DNA of 63,118 bases, the filler included, from Xylographa opegraphella (lineage: Eukaryota), in assembly GCA_022813865.1 (NCBI GenBank). It is 10 parts of 10 records of this genome, joined end to end, with 100 filler letters (N's around TTAATTAATTAA, not from the genome) between each part and the next. Parts side by side here need not be neighbours in the genome. Positions count along the whole stretch, not along the records: positions 6,902 to 13,482 come from JALDZX010000210.1; positions 13,583 to 20,092 come from JALDZX010000212.1; positions 20,193 to 26,372 come from JALDZX010000214.1; 7 more parts are not named here. One strand, written 5' to 3'. Shown piece by piece: positions 10,932 through 24,060 of this stretch. The translations under genes were made by a program, and so were the position numbers. The number at the start of each line of letters is the position of its first letter. Positions within the stretch are counted from its first letter, which is position 1. The notes under the pieces are model-generated. The model was not told the DNA's origin. It worked only from the letters and a program-made list of their open reading frames with translations, and ran no database searches.

Positions 10932-12965
10932 CCTCGAACACCAGCCTACCACGACCTACGTATTGCTGACATACGGAATTCTTTCCCTGATAATCAGGCA
11001 ACCGATGATTAAAGGCTTCGAAGAGTTTACATTCATTAGTTTAAAGCTATTACAACGGGACCCTAACCGTATAGCTTGAACACAACGAGTGGCACTTCAC
11101 AAGCAATCTGGCGAGAGTTATGCGACGCTTTACTTGGAGATAGAATGGATTACAAGATTGAAACCCTTATCTCTTATCGCGATCGTTCTGCAACAAACCT
11201 CGAATAAATTACAAATATAATCGAATCAATTAAATCGTCAAAATTAACTAAAATAATCATTATTTCATAAAGATTTTAACTGCAGATGAATTAATACAGC
11301 GTTAATATTATTAAAGAAAATTTTTATATTTTATTTTTAAAATTTAAAGAATCGAATATTTTTTGTTTTTTTTAAAAAATAGTTATTTACACTCTCGCGT
11401 ACGTATAATAAAAACAATATAACGCGTTAAAAAATTCGATAATTGAATTATTTAAAATGAATAATTAACTAAAATCGAGCACAGCGAGTGATAAAATTAA
11501 AGTTAAAATATTTTTGAAATATATATTACGATGAAATATATATTACGACCGTGTATATATTACGCTCGTGTATATATTACGCTCGTGTATATATTACGCT
11601 CGTGTATATTTTTGCGCTCGTATACGAGTATTGAATTTATTTCTGAAAAATATAAATTATTCGATTATTTAAATTTTAAATATTATCACGAATTAAAATT
11701 GATAATTATTAATTTTTGAAATTTTAAGTCGAAAAGTTTCAATATTATAACCGCGAAATATTATTACGTAACGTTTTAAAATTATAATAAAATTTTTAAA
11801 AGTTTTTTCTTTTCTATAATCAATTTTGAATAGATTGCGATATAAATTGAATTAATCCATTGAATTATGAATTAAATTGAATTATGAATTAAATTGAATT
11901 ATGAATTAAATTGAATTTAAATTGAATTTTGAATTGAATTCGAAAACGTTTCAAATTAATTCAATTTTCTGAAATAAATTCTGAGTTGAATTGAATTAAC
12001 TTAATCACATGATTATATAAAATAATATTATATATTAAGTTTATATAATATAAATTTATAATTATTTTATAATAATCGTGAATTTTTACGCCTGCGCATA
12101 TTTTATTATAAAAAATATATTTCACAGGCCTGCGCGTATTTTATTATAATAAATTTCGTATTTCGTAGATTTGCGCGTATATATCACGTTTACGCGTATA
12201 TTACACGCCTGGGAGTTTATAAAATAATTCAATATAAATAAACCTCTCGCTAATTATAAACGTAATATGATTATAAAGTTAAAACATCAATATTTGCAGA
12301 ATTTAAATCAATGACCTTAATTTTAAACTCGTAATATAACATACATATTAATTATTTTTAATTTCATTTCATTAAAATTAAACTATTATTAAATTGAACG
12401 AAATTGTTAAATCACTCGAGCGTTGATCAAATCGAGATCGAGATATAAAATATGTAAATATATTTTTATTAAATAACGTTGAAAGTATAATAATATAAAT
12501 ATTTTAATACGTGATTTTAAAATTATAACCTGTGTATATAAATATAAAAAATTCGGGGAATAAAGTCAAAAATGAAAGTAATTAAATTTAAGTTCTTTAC
12601 GCGTAACAATTTCATCAATTTCAAATTAATCGAGTTTATATTTAATATATATAGAAATGAAATTTAGTAATCGCCTTTAAACGATATAAATTGCGTATAT
12701 ATTTTATAATAATAAATTATTATAAAATCAATCTCTCTAAGAATTCAATTCTAGCAATTAAATTCAATATCGCGAGTACTCGAATTAAATTTATTATCAT
12801 TACAACAACAATTTTTAATATTATTATAATATTTTTATAATAAATAACTCCCTTATTCTGATCCATTTATTATCGTTTTTTGTGTTATTTTTACTATTTA
12901 TTATTAAACGTTTATTATATTGCCTTTAACATTTAATATTATAATTTATCAAATAATATTAAAAC

Positions 12966-13148
12966 TGTTACGGCTCATCAACTCACCACACAAGCACGCC
13001 TAGAACGTAAGCTTTAGGTGGACGATTTCAACCCAGATTAAGATGGAGAAGCGATGAGGCTGCTCCATNNNNNNNNNNNNNNNNNNAAGGTGCTAGTCCT
13101 GATCCAGCCCGACCCCTATTACTTGTGACTGATGTCATAATCGTCACA
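12966..13148. repeat. Solo LTR family B with 5-bp TSD AAAAC
   Basis: TGTTACGGCTC...ATCGTCACA flanked by AAAAC on both sides; a second partial copy lies at 13420-13482. Confidence 0.95.
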
Positions 13149-13582
13149 AAAACAGTTCTTGTTATTATTTTTTGCGTTAAATCTTTCTGTTACTCGCAGT
13201 AATTATTTCTTTTTTCTGTCAATATTAATTGATATTTATATAAATTATTAATAAATCTTTCATTTCGCTCGACGATAGCTGTAAACGATATTTTATTTCC
13301 TTTCAAATCGACTTTTCAACCGGCCCATTAATCGATTTATTAATATATAAAATTTATTGAATTTTTTAAACAAAAGTATTATTATTATAAGAACAAAAAA
13401 GCTTTTAATATTATAAAGTTGTTATGGCTCATCAACTCACCACACAAGCACGCCTAGAACGTAAGCTTTAGGTGGACGATTTNNNNNNNNNNNNNNNNNN
13501 NNNNNNNNNNNNNNNNNNNNNNNNNNTTAATTAATTAANNNNNNNNNNNNNNNNNNNNNNNNNNNNNNNNNNNNNNNNNNNN

Positions 13583-13641
13583 CGCGCTTTAGTCCCGTTC
13601 CGTCTATCACTTGTTAAGGTGCCATGTAACACGCCGTTACA
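13583..13641 (-). repeat. LTR family C end (partial)
   Basis: Matches 61693-61751. Confidence 0.9.
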
Positions 13642-13898
13642 ATAATTTTACGAATATTTAACGATTTTAACTTTTTTACGTGAAATCAACTTAATTACGT
13701 ATTTATATTATTTATATAAACTTAGTAAAAAACCTGTTTAAAAGAATTAAAAGATTTTTCTAAAAAGATTTTTTATTTAATTAATTTTTAAATTTTTTAA
13801 TAATTTTTTAATTTTTTTTAATTTTTTTTTTATTAATTTCTTTTTATTAATTTTTTTTAATTTTTATTTATTTTTAATAATTTTTTAAATTTTTTTAA

Positions 13899-13972
13899 TT
13901 TGTTTAATTTGTTTAATTTGTTTAATTTGTTTAATTTGTTTAATTTGTTTAATTTGTTTAATTTGTTTAATT
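13899..13972. repeat. (TTTGTTTAA)n tandem repeat
   Basis: About 8 copies of a 9-mer. Confidence 0.9.
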
Positions 13973-14845
13973 TAATAAAAAACTTGGTAAACTTGCTAAA
14001 CGTATTAAATACGTATAAAATATATGTTTGCATACAAAAATTAAGGATTTTATATTATTTTTACAGATTTACTTTTTGCGCAAAAGGTATACTTTTTGAT
14101 CGAATTTTGCTTTTTTCGTTTTGCTGATAAAACTTGAGTTTTACGCGTTTTAAATCGCAATTCGTATTTTAATAATTATTACGAGAGCTTAACTCGCGTT
14201 AAAAATTAATTAAATATATTTTATAATATTATTATAAATTTTAACAACTTTGTGCGAGTAAGAAAATTATAAATATAATGGAATTTACTTGAGCGTAAAT
14301 ACTATTATATATATAAAAAATTAATCGATTTAATAAATATCGTATGTTAATAAAAATTTTAAAATTTAAAATTAAAAATCAACGAAGTACGATAATTGAT
14401 TTTGAATATAAAAATTTTCAAATAATATTAAAACGTGTATTATATAAATATATATTTTTAAAAATATTAATAATATTTACGCTGTATTTGTTAAACTGCA
14501 TTTGATATATTTATAAAATAATGATTATTTAATTTATTCAAACGATTTAATTGGTTCGATGAAACTGATAACTTACCTGAGGTTTGTTGCAGAACGACCA
14601 CGATAAGGGATCTGTACGGATATCATACCAGGCTGGGCCGAAACCCTGTTTTAAGCTGGAGCAAACGTCACACTTTGGAAAAAGCAAATCAGGAAACTGC
14701 ATCCATGTATTTGTCGACCTGAAAAAGAGTCCTTTCCCATTACATTGCTAGGATAGGGTAGTCTACAGTACGGTTCGCATCGTCCCATCACGGCATACTG
14801 TTACCCAATGTATTACTACTACACTTGATTGTGTCATCTCAATCA

Positions 14846-17800
14846 ATGAGCCTGCCGTCGACGCTTGCATCATTGCAGTCAGTCCTGCCATGGGCAAAAT
14901 ACAGACATCCGTATTCTGTTCGAGCTTTCTTTACTTCGATACTCCTCCTCTGTCTTGTAACGTCTCTGAGCCTGGTGGGTAAGGCTTACCGACCAAGGAT
15001 GACCATGCCTGATTTGTTGGACTATGGATCACATTTACGTCGTGATACGGATGCCTTCCGGTCTTTCCATACAGAAAAAGAGGTACATCCTAGTATCCTC
15101 TCATCTCTGGTTTTACTGACCCTGATAACAATAGTGCCGATTCGTCTATGATGCAGTTGATAAATGCGCTTTCGTCCGCGACAACTGTCCGGATGAAGAA
15201 GCCGGCCTGTTTTCTTATCTGCAATTCTACTACTGCCTATTACCACATGTTAAGCCACTCGCATTTACGATCATGGTGCTCTGGCTCGGCTTACTCTTCA
15301 GTACCATAGGTATAGCCGCGAGCGACTTCTTCTGCGTCAATCTTAGTACTATAGCCACAATATTGGGCATGAGTGAGAGTATGGCAGGTGTCACTTTCTT
15401 GGCACTTGGGAATGGAAGTCCAGATGTCTTCTCAACTTTCGCTGCAATGAGTACGAACAGTGGAAGTCTTGCAGTTGGTGAGCTTATCGGAGCGGCGGGG
15501 TTCATCACAGCAGTTGTGGCAGGTTCGATGGCGCTCGTGAGGCCTTTTCGAGTAGCTCGCAAAAGCTTTGTTCGCGATGTTGGTTTTTTCGTAGTGGCTG
15601 CGAGTTTTAGTATGGTGTTTCTTGCAGACGGGCATCTTCACCTCTGGGAATGTGGTGTGATGGTTTCGTTTTATTTGTTCTATATTTGTTTTATATTCAT
15701 TTGGCACTGGTACCTAGGACGGCAGCGATTGAAAGCAGACCGTGAGCAGCTTGTCAGAGCAACCTTCGTAGGAGCTGACGAGGAGGTGTCAAGAATGGCT
15801 GGGGACATTGACCACCGAATTGGCCGTGGGCGATGTGTTAGCAGCCGTACTACTGTTGACAACTTCGCTGCGTTGGAAACAGGCAGTAGTCCCTTCGACG
15901 TAAAAGCGGATGAAGAAGCAGACGATGATACCCGCGACCGGTGGATGGCAGAGATTAGCAGAAATATGCGAGTAATTCGGCCTGCAGTTGGAGAACGCCA
16001 CAACACTGGAAATCCGATCAGACCTAGTTTAGTTGGGGCGCTCGAATTCAGGGCCATCCTCTCATCCTTGAATAAATCTAGAAATCATCGGACTATCCCA
16101 ATCGGCCTCCGCCGCTACTCTGACGATCCAGCATTTACACTTACCCAACAGCAGCAAAATATCTCTACGCAGCACATGTCAAGCACCAGACAGCCTCCGG
16201 AAAACATTCATCATGTGATTGCAAATGACCTTGGACATATTGTCGTGGAAGGCGAGCGTTCGACTCGAGCACGTGCCGTATCAGCGAACGATGCTGCAGG
16301 ATTGTCCCTGGATCCTGATGGAGTCTATCGTTCGTCACTGCCACAAATAAGTCAACTCGGACCGACGCCCTCAGGTTCAGCCACACTTCAAATTCCTGGG
16401 CTTTCAACTAGCAATGTAAGTGAAACTAGGCCATGCGTAGCTGAGCTTCATCCTCGGCTTGGTATAGATTATATTTCCAATTCCGAGCAGAACCTCGAGA
16501 GCTCATTTGAGCACTATTCGCCAGCTGGCGACAAAATTGGTGCTGCCTCAGATCCTTGCTTTGGACCTGCCATAGGCACCCAGGACGGGGTGGATATCCA
16601 GGAAATTTTCACTGATCCATTGCTTCCTACCCCAAGGCCTCAACATCGGCAGCACGGTTCTGCACTGTTGTCTCGTGAAATCATCAGTACAAGTCCTGCC
16701 AGGTCGCTCCCTCCCTACCGTGACGATCCTAACGCTTCGCTTTCCCCTACGCCAAGTATACGGCAAGTCTTACCAAGTATCAACTCTCAATCTGTTCTTG
16801 ATCGTACAGCTGGCCCAGATACGGCCCCCAAGCATCTTCGCTGGTGGCCATACAAGTTCTTACCAGCTCCAAACGTCCTTGCCTCCACCTTGTGTCCTAC
16901 GATCTACTCGTGGAGCGACAAGAGCATTGGGGAGAAGTTCCTTGCAGTCATAGCAGCACCCAGTGTTTTTCTGCTCGCAGTAACCTTACCTGTTGTCGAA
17001 TGTAACCAAATGGATGAAGATCCTGTCACTGTGGCTGCAGATTCTCGTTTGAGGTCTTCTAATGCAACCAATGTGCCCTCGCAACCTAATATACCCACAA
17101 TAAATCCACCCACCAGCCCTGGAGCTGGATTCGCCAATCACTTTTCGAATTATCAAAACTCCTCGATATTATCTCGTGGCTCTCAAGATCAAGGTTGTGC
17201 AAGTCCTACTTTACGGGAACACGATGAAGTCCATGGACAGGGTATGACGGACTTGTTACCGAACCGACTGCATCTTACCCACTCTCCCGACGCGTCGTCC
17301 CAGGAGCTTGGTCCTTTCGGTATTGACGGGTTTTCTGGCGCTACCGAATCGCCTTCTTTGTCAAAAGACTGGAATCGCTGGCTCGTTTGCACGCAGCTGT
17401 TCACTGCTCCCCTTTTTGTGGGCGCAATTGTATGGGCTAATCTCGACGCGAGCCTATCGTTGCGCAACTTACTCATTTCATCACTCTACATCCTTTTCGG
17501 TTCACTACTGGCTGTTTCTCTCGTCCTATTGACGACTAACGGTAGGCATCCTCCAAAGAATCGTGTGCTGCTGTGCTTTGTGGGGTTTATCGTGAGCATT
17601 GCCTGGATATCTACCATAGCAAATGAGGTTGTTGGAGTCCTGAAAGCCTTTGGCGTAATCTTCGGTATTAGTGACGCCATCCTCGGCTTGACAGTTTTTG
17701 CTGTTGGAAACAGTCTCGGCGATCTGGTGGCAGATGTTACAGTTGCGCGTCTTGGGTATCCCGTCATGGCTCTCAGCGCTTGCTTTGGTGGGCCTATGCT

Positions 17801-18110
17801 CAACATACTGCTGGGGATTGGACTGAGTGGGCTGTATATGACAATCCGTGATGGAAATCGGAAGCACACTCAACACCCTGGACGCCCCTTAAAATACAAG
17901 CCTTATGAAGTTGAGGTCGACGGTACTCTCTTAACATCGGGCATTACATTGTTGGTGACTCTCGTTGGTTTACTGATTGTGGTTCCTCTCAACAAGTGGG
18001 TGGTGGACAGACGAATTGGATGGGGTTTGATCGCCCTTTGGTGCTTGAGCACGATTGGTAATGTGGGAGTGGAAGTATCTGGCTGGGGCCAGGGTTCAAA
18101 CATTGCCTAA
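14846..18110 (+). CDS. Cation/Ca2+ exchanger (Na_Ca_ex, CCX/NCLX-like, yeast YDL206W-type); intron 15083-15134
   Basis: Alpha-1 repeat AGVTFLALGNGSPDVFST and alpha-2 repeat LGLTVFAVGNSLGDLVAD; CFGGPMLN; many TM segments; spliced N-terminal C..V..CPDEEAG..YL.FYYC. Confidence 0.93.
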
Positions 18111-19738
18111 TTGTTACAATACCCCATGTTCTCGTTGGAGCGGCTTTGGATAGTTATTGTGAAATAATCCGGTTTGATTATTGGTCACAAATGTATGGAG
18201 GACTGGGCGCAAGTTGAATATTACAGCTACAATGCCGCTTGGTATAATTTATTAATGATATGGCAAAGCTCTGGCAAAGTAGAGAAACGACATCAATATC
18301 TCTCGCGTCAGAGTTTGAGCTTCATCGAGAGGCCAGGTAGAGCAGGTCTGAATTACTTTCAACCACGATATATAATGCAGATAGATCTTTGGGCTCCTCA
18401 CAGAGGTCGAATCTTAATAAATACAATAGTGGCTCATGATGGCAGCGTAGCTGCTATTAGGATAAGGGGATTCAAATCGAAGTTCGAGCGTTATACGGCA
18501 GATAATTCGCTTCGATTGATACTTTATTTTCCATTCAAATTCAGTTCTAGGGAATTTTAAAACAGGCTTTTCATACGAATGTTTTAACGACTTTTTTTAT
18601 ATTATAATAATTATAAATATTTGTATTTATAAAATATATAGTCGTTCTAAATTTATTGTTATATTTAATAATATTTAAAATCGTGTTGAATGTTGAAAAT
18701 ATGAAATCGAATTTATTGAAAGTGAGAAAATATTCAGGGCGAAGCACTGGGTATATCCTGTGTTAATTACAACAAAAATATTCGAAATAAAAATGAAAAA
18801 GCAAAAAAAATTCGTAAATTTTTCTTCTCGAGTAATTATATTCGTTTTAAAAGTTTTTTCGAGAGTATTCCTCGAGGTTTTAAATCTATAAACTTTGATT
18901 CAATACTTTTATTATATATAAATATCGAAATTTATTTAAATAAATAAATTTATTATCGAACAATAAAAAATTATTTGTTTAACAAAAAAAATTAATTTTA
19001 TTTTTTAATATTTTTATAAAAATAATTTTAATTATTATTATATTAACAAAAAGAAATTTTGCTTAAAATTTAAAGTTTTACAAGCCGTTTATGAAGCGCG
19101 AAAAGTGTATTTTTTGCGCATTTAATATATTTAATACGTTTAATACGTTTAATAGAAAAAAATATTTTAACACTTTTAATAAATATTTTATATATTTAAA
19201 ATACCTTTTAAATACCTTTTTAAAATATAGTTAAAAATAAAATAAATTATAAAATTTTGAAATAATAAATATTATTCGTAAATATTCGTTAATGCTGTAA
19301 CTTAATAAATATTCAACGTAATTTAAATTTTTAACAAATGTAAATTTTTTACGTAAAAATAATTTAAATATGTATTTATATTATTTATATAACTTTAGTA
19401 AAAGGTTTGCTTAAAAGGATTTAAAAGATTTTTTTCGAAAAATATTTTTTGCTTAATTAATTTTCATTAATTTTTTATAATTTTTAAATATATTTTTTAA
19501 GCGAATTAATTTTTTTTAAATATTTAATTTAATAAAAAAGTTGTTAAACGTATTAAACCTGTTAAATACGCAAAAATACGCAAAAAACACGCAAAAAATA
19601 TTCAAAAAATATATAAAAATTAAAAATTTTTATATTACTTTTGCAAATTTGCTTTTTACGCAAAAAAATACTTTTTGACCGAATATTCGTTTTTTCTTTT
19701 TGCTGATGTAAAATTTAATAAACGATATTGTATATTAT

Positions 19739-19912
19739 TATTGAAACTAATCACTAGGCACAGGTAATGGCAGCAGGTAACAGTGCATTGCTTAATCACT
19801 AAGAAGGTGAAGAGTTCTTCTGGAGACGGGGCTCCANNNNNNNNCCTCTAGTTCTGCACTAAGCTAGGCCTAATCGGCTATAGTAAAGGACCAACAACAC
19901 AGACTGCTAACG
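19739..19912 (-). repeat. LTR family A, interrupted near its end by another LTR
   Basis: Matches 1103-1290 until CTAACG, then switches to TGTTAAGG. Confidence 0.92.
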
Positions 19913-20092
19913 TGTTAAGGTTCTCACCTTCCCAGGGTAGGGCTAAGACACTAGGGGACTAGCGCCCGGTCGTGAGACGGACCGATCCCATGCGCCCCTG
20001 GTCGCCCTTCGCGCCCCTCAGGAGAGCATCGGGGGCATCGGGGGCACCAGGGGGCGCCTCAGGAACAGGACTTCTATATAGAGCGGAGGATT
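19913..20092. repeat. LTR family F (partial, nested in LTR A)
   Basis: Starts TGTTAAGG exactly at the break in LTR A; GC-rich; TATATA motif; ends at the contig edge. Confidence 0.7.
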
Positions 20093-20192
20093 NNNNNNNN
20101 NNNNNNNNNNNNNNNNNNNNNNNNNNNNNNNNNNNNTTAATTAATTAANNNNNNNNNNNNNNNNNNNNNNNNNNNNNNNNNNNNNNNNNNNN

Positions 20193-20546
20193 TTAATTTT
20201 TAATTTTTAATTTTTAATTTTTAATTTTTAATTTTTAATTTTTAATTTTTAATTTTAAATTTTTAATTTTTAATTTTTAATTTTTAATTTTTAATTTTTA
20301 ATTTTTAATTTTTCATTTTTAATTTTTCATTTTTTTTTTTCATTTTTCATTTTTCATTTTTCATTTTTCATTTTTCATTTTTCATTTTTCATTTTTCATT
20401 TTTNNNNNNNNNNNNNNNNNNNNNNNNNNNNNNNNNNNNNNNNNNNNNNNNNNNNNNNNNNNNNNNNNNNNNNNNNNNNNNNTTTTTCATTTTTCATTTT
20501 TCATTTTTCATTTTTCATTTTTCATTTTTCATTTTTCATTTTTCAT
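20193..20546. repeat. Simple repeat (AATTTTT)n/(CATTTTT)n; similar A/T-tract repeats at 26473-26535, 32478-32537 and 63052-63118
   Basis: Directly visible 7-8-mer arrays at contig ends. Confidence 0.9.
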
Positions 20547-21273
20547 AGTAATTTTATTAATATATCGCGTTTACAGCGATTATTTACGTTACGATTAAAT
20601 TATTTATTTAATGTTTTCATTATTTTATTTAAATCTCGAAAAACTTTGTTTTATATTTATTACTTATATTAATATATTTAAAAATTACACGAATTTAATA
20701 ATACGCGTGTAAGTAATAATTTGCTATTAAAATTAGTATAAAAATTATTATGATTATTTTTATTAGCATTATTAAGATTTCAAAAGTTTAATTAATTATT
20801 TTAATTTTATTTATATCGTTTCTATAATTATATTAAAAAAAGTTATTAATAAAGTTAGTATAAATTACATTTAGTATTATTGAAAACGTCAGTAAAATTA
20901 TATATAATTAATATATAACTAATATTACGTTTTTTTCGTGTTTAAAGTTTTTATTTTTTATTTCTATAAAATTTTTAGTAGTTTTATTAAATATTATTTT
21001 ATTATTGTTATTATTATTCGTTATTAATATAAAAAGTTCTTAATAAAAACTCTATCGCCGTAAAATTTATGATAAAAAATAGTTAAATTAAAGTCGAAAT
21101 AGATTTCGAGAATAAATTTAAATATTAAAAATATTTTTTTATAGTTTTAATCGCTATTAATATAATAAATCAGTACGATTATATAATTTTATCGATTAAA
21201 AAAACTAAGCGTTAAACGTTAATAGAACTCGAGTATTATTATTAAATAAATTATTTTTAATTTCGTTTTATAT

Positions 21274-23877
21274 AATCTCGACTCGTTATTTCATCGGAAA
21301 AGCAGGTTTAAAATCACAGTTATAAGTGAGCGATTTCAACCTAGAATAATATAAGGAAGCAAGTTTAATAATATACGTAAAAGTTAAAGTAAACAGTATT
21401 AACGCCAAGATTTTTAATCGTTTTCGAATTAACCTGAGTCTCGAACGCGCTTTAGTCCCGTTTCGTTTATCATTTATTAAAATACCATGTAATACGCCGT
21501 TACTTTACCCCCTTTCAGAACAGGAGGTTTATCTTCAAATCTTTTAAGCCTTCCGTTTCACCCATCGCTTATTCTGCGTGCCTTTCTTCTTGGCAGGTGC
21601 GTTGTCTTCCTCTGTAGGTTCCAGCTCCATGCCCGACTTATAAGCATTTAACCAGATCCCCAATCTTGCTGGCGGTTCAGCTTCTTTTGGATAAATAGTA
21701 TAATAATCTTTTACTTTTTGAGGCGATTTGATAAAGCCTTCTGCATTGTACCAGTCGGCGTCTGAATCGTGCCCCTGCCATTCGATTTAATATTATAAAA
21801 CACTCTTTTTAATTTGACTGGCTAAAATTCGCTCGACTGTATATTCGAGTTCGCCGTTAATTTTAATTAATTTGTTGAGTTTTTGAATCTGACTCGATAG
21901 TGAATTCTTGGGAGCTTTTTTAAATCTGTTTGCGTGAAATACGTTGTTCATTTTCATATGCTTAAACAGGTTTAATACGTACGAATAACCTTTTATCGTC
22001 AAAATTTTAAAGGGTTTTGCTGCTTAATGATTTAATTTTATGCTCGGTCTCTGCGTAGTTCAGCCTTTTTTATTATATATATTTAATCGTTTACTGTAAA
22101 GTCGGGTTCTTTGCGATGCTTATTAACCTGATTTATCATTTTTTTGAATTTATTGCAGGTTTTTCTTGATTTATTTAACTGCTTAATGTATTTTGAATGT
22201 GAATACCTAAGTTTCCTCCCTCGTAAGTGGTTTTTTAACGGTTGCCGAAAACTGCGTACGGTTCTTTCAATCGAAATATCAATAAAATTTTTATTCGAGC
22301 TTCAGTTCGTAAAATAATATATCGATCGACGCGTAAGGCAAAATAGCCTGCGCGAAATCCATAGCTGACAGAAGATTTAATTAATTATTTTAAACGTCAT
22401 TAATAAAGGGGCGAAATCGTCGGTCAATATATTAATTTAGCACTTTGATACTTTCGTTTATTTACGGGTAATACGCAGTCGAAAGCTTTTGCTTAATTCT
22501 CGTAAGCTTGTATAATTCGTTTATAAATATCGACGTAAACTGTGGTTCTTTATTCGAAGTGGCCGTTTCGGGCGTATTATAAATTTTTTATATATATTAA
22601 TAGTACAATTTCGTAGCTTGCGCGGCAGTCACCGTTTTTCGATAAAGCAATAAAAAAGCTCGTTTTTCGAATAGACTTATTACAACAAGAATGTTGTCGA
22701 ACTCTTTTAAATCCAGTAGATACGTTTTAAAATGAAACGAAACGTATTGCCAGTATTTACTTTCAATCGATAATGAATATAGTAATTTAAGGGTTTTATT
22801 TTTAAATACGTAAATTTTTATGTATATTCGATAATTAGCTACGAAGGTGGCACAGTTATTTATTAAATTTAATTAATAATACAGTTTTATTAACAGTTTA
22901 ACTGTCTTGGTTTTTCCCGAATAAGCAATAATTAATGTTAAATAAGTTTCGTTAATTAAATGCGTTCGTATACAGTCGTTATTAAATATTATAAATTTAT
23001 CGAATCAAGTAAACAGCCCGTTTTGAAGCTTTCATCCTTTTTCGTTGATTTTTGCTAATTCTTTGAATAATGCTAAAAACTCGTGTGTTCGATTTATTTG
23101 CAGTAGCCGATCAACTAGTTCGCAAGCGTTTTTTGTGCCAAAATCCTGAGGTTCTGCGTTCGCATCGGGTGCTTCTTTTATCGACGCGATTATTAAACTA
23201 AAATTTATAAATAACTGCGTGCGAGCGACTATATTTTTTTCCTTTTGTGTAATTAACTTGTCGTGCTTTCGCGTCAAGGCATTCGCTATTACATTAACTG
23301 TTCCTAAACGATAAATAATTTTAAAGTCGTAGTTTACTATTATATCTGCTTACCTAGCTTGCTTCGGGTTAAACAATCGTTTTATAATAAAGTATTCCAG
23401 GGCCCGGTAATCGATAATAATTATAAAGGGAACTGCCTGCAGTTTTAATAGAATACTACGCCATTCCTGTAACGCCTTGATTATTATGAATATTTCTTTA
23501 TCGTGAATCTCGTAACTCATCTCTTTCGGTAATAATATTTTTTAAAAAATAAATTATCGATCTTTAAATCCGTTCTTTTATTATTATGTAAAAACTTTTG
23601 TAATAACTTCGTCGCTTGCGTCGATTTTTATTCTCGTAAATAAAAAGAGAGAATAATAAGCCTTAACTGCGTCGAACAAAATTAATCCCTTTACTCTTTT
23701 AAAGGCTTGAATTTCGAGCCCCTGTAAAGGGTGCTAACCACCTTTATTTATTAATTTCGTCAGTGGGCGTATAATTCGGCCCCATTTTTCTATAAAAAAA
23801 TTATAAAAGTTATAAAATTTAAAAAACGACTTAATTTCCTTAATCGACTTAGGAAGGGGCTAGTTTTTTATGACTGC
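21274..23877 (-). mobile_element. RIP-degenerated Ty3/Gypsy chromovirus: RT end, RNase H, integrase, chromodomain, PPT and 3' LTR (family C, about 21274-21504)
   Basis: Minus-strand remnants NNVFHA and EYTVERILAS...EWQGHD..WY (chromodomain); NVIANALTRK; PPT GAAAGGGGGTAA next to the LTR; many stops. Confidence 0.9.
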
Positions 23878-24060
23878 TGTTACGGCTCATCAACTCACCA
23901 CACAAGCACGCCTAGAACGTAAGCTTTAGGTGGACGATTTCAACCCAGATTAAGATAGAGAAGCGATAAGGCTGCTCCATGGGCAAGACTATATAATCAA
24001 GGTGCTAGTCCTGATCCAGCCCGACCCCTATTACTTGTGACTGATGTCATAATCGTCGCA
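23878..24060. repeat. Solo LTR family B (complete, ungapped)
   Basis: TGTTACGGCTC...ATCGTCGCA; cuts off the Gypsy pol. Confidence 0.93.

Noticed and set aside
11168..14611. One complete TIR transposon between FRG1 and the exchanger
   Set aside because: A contig linker lies between the two ends; only the shared terminus is supported
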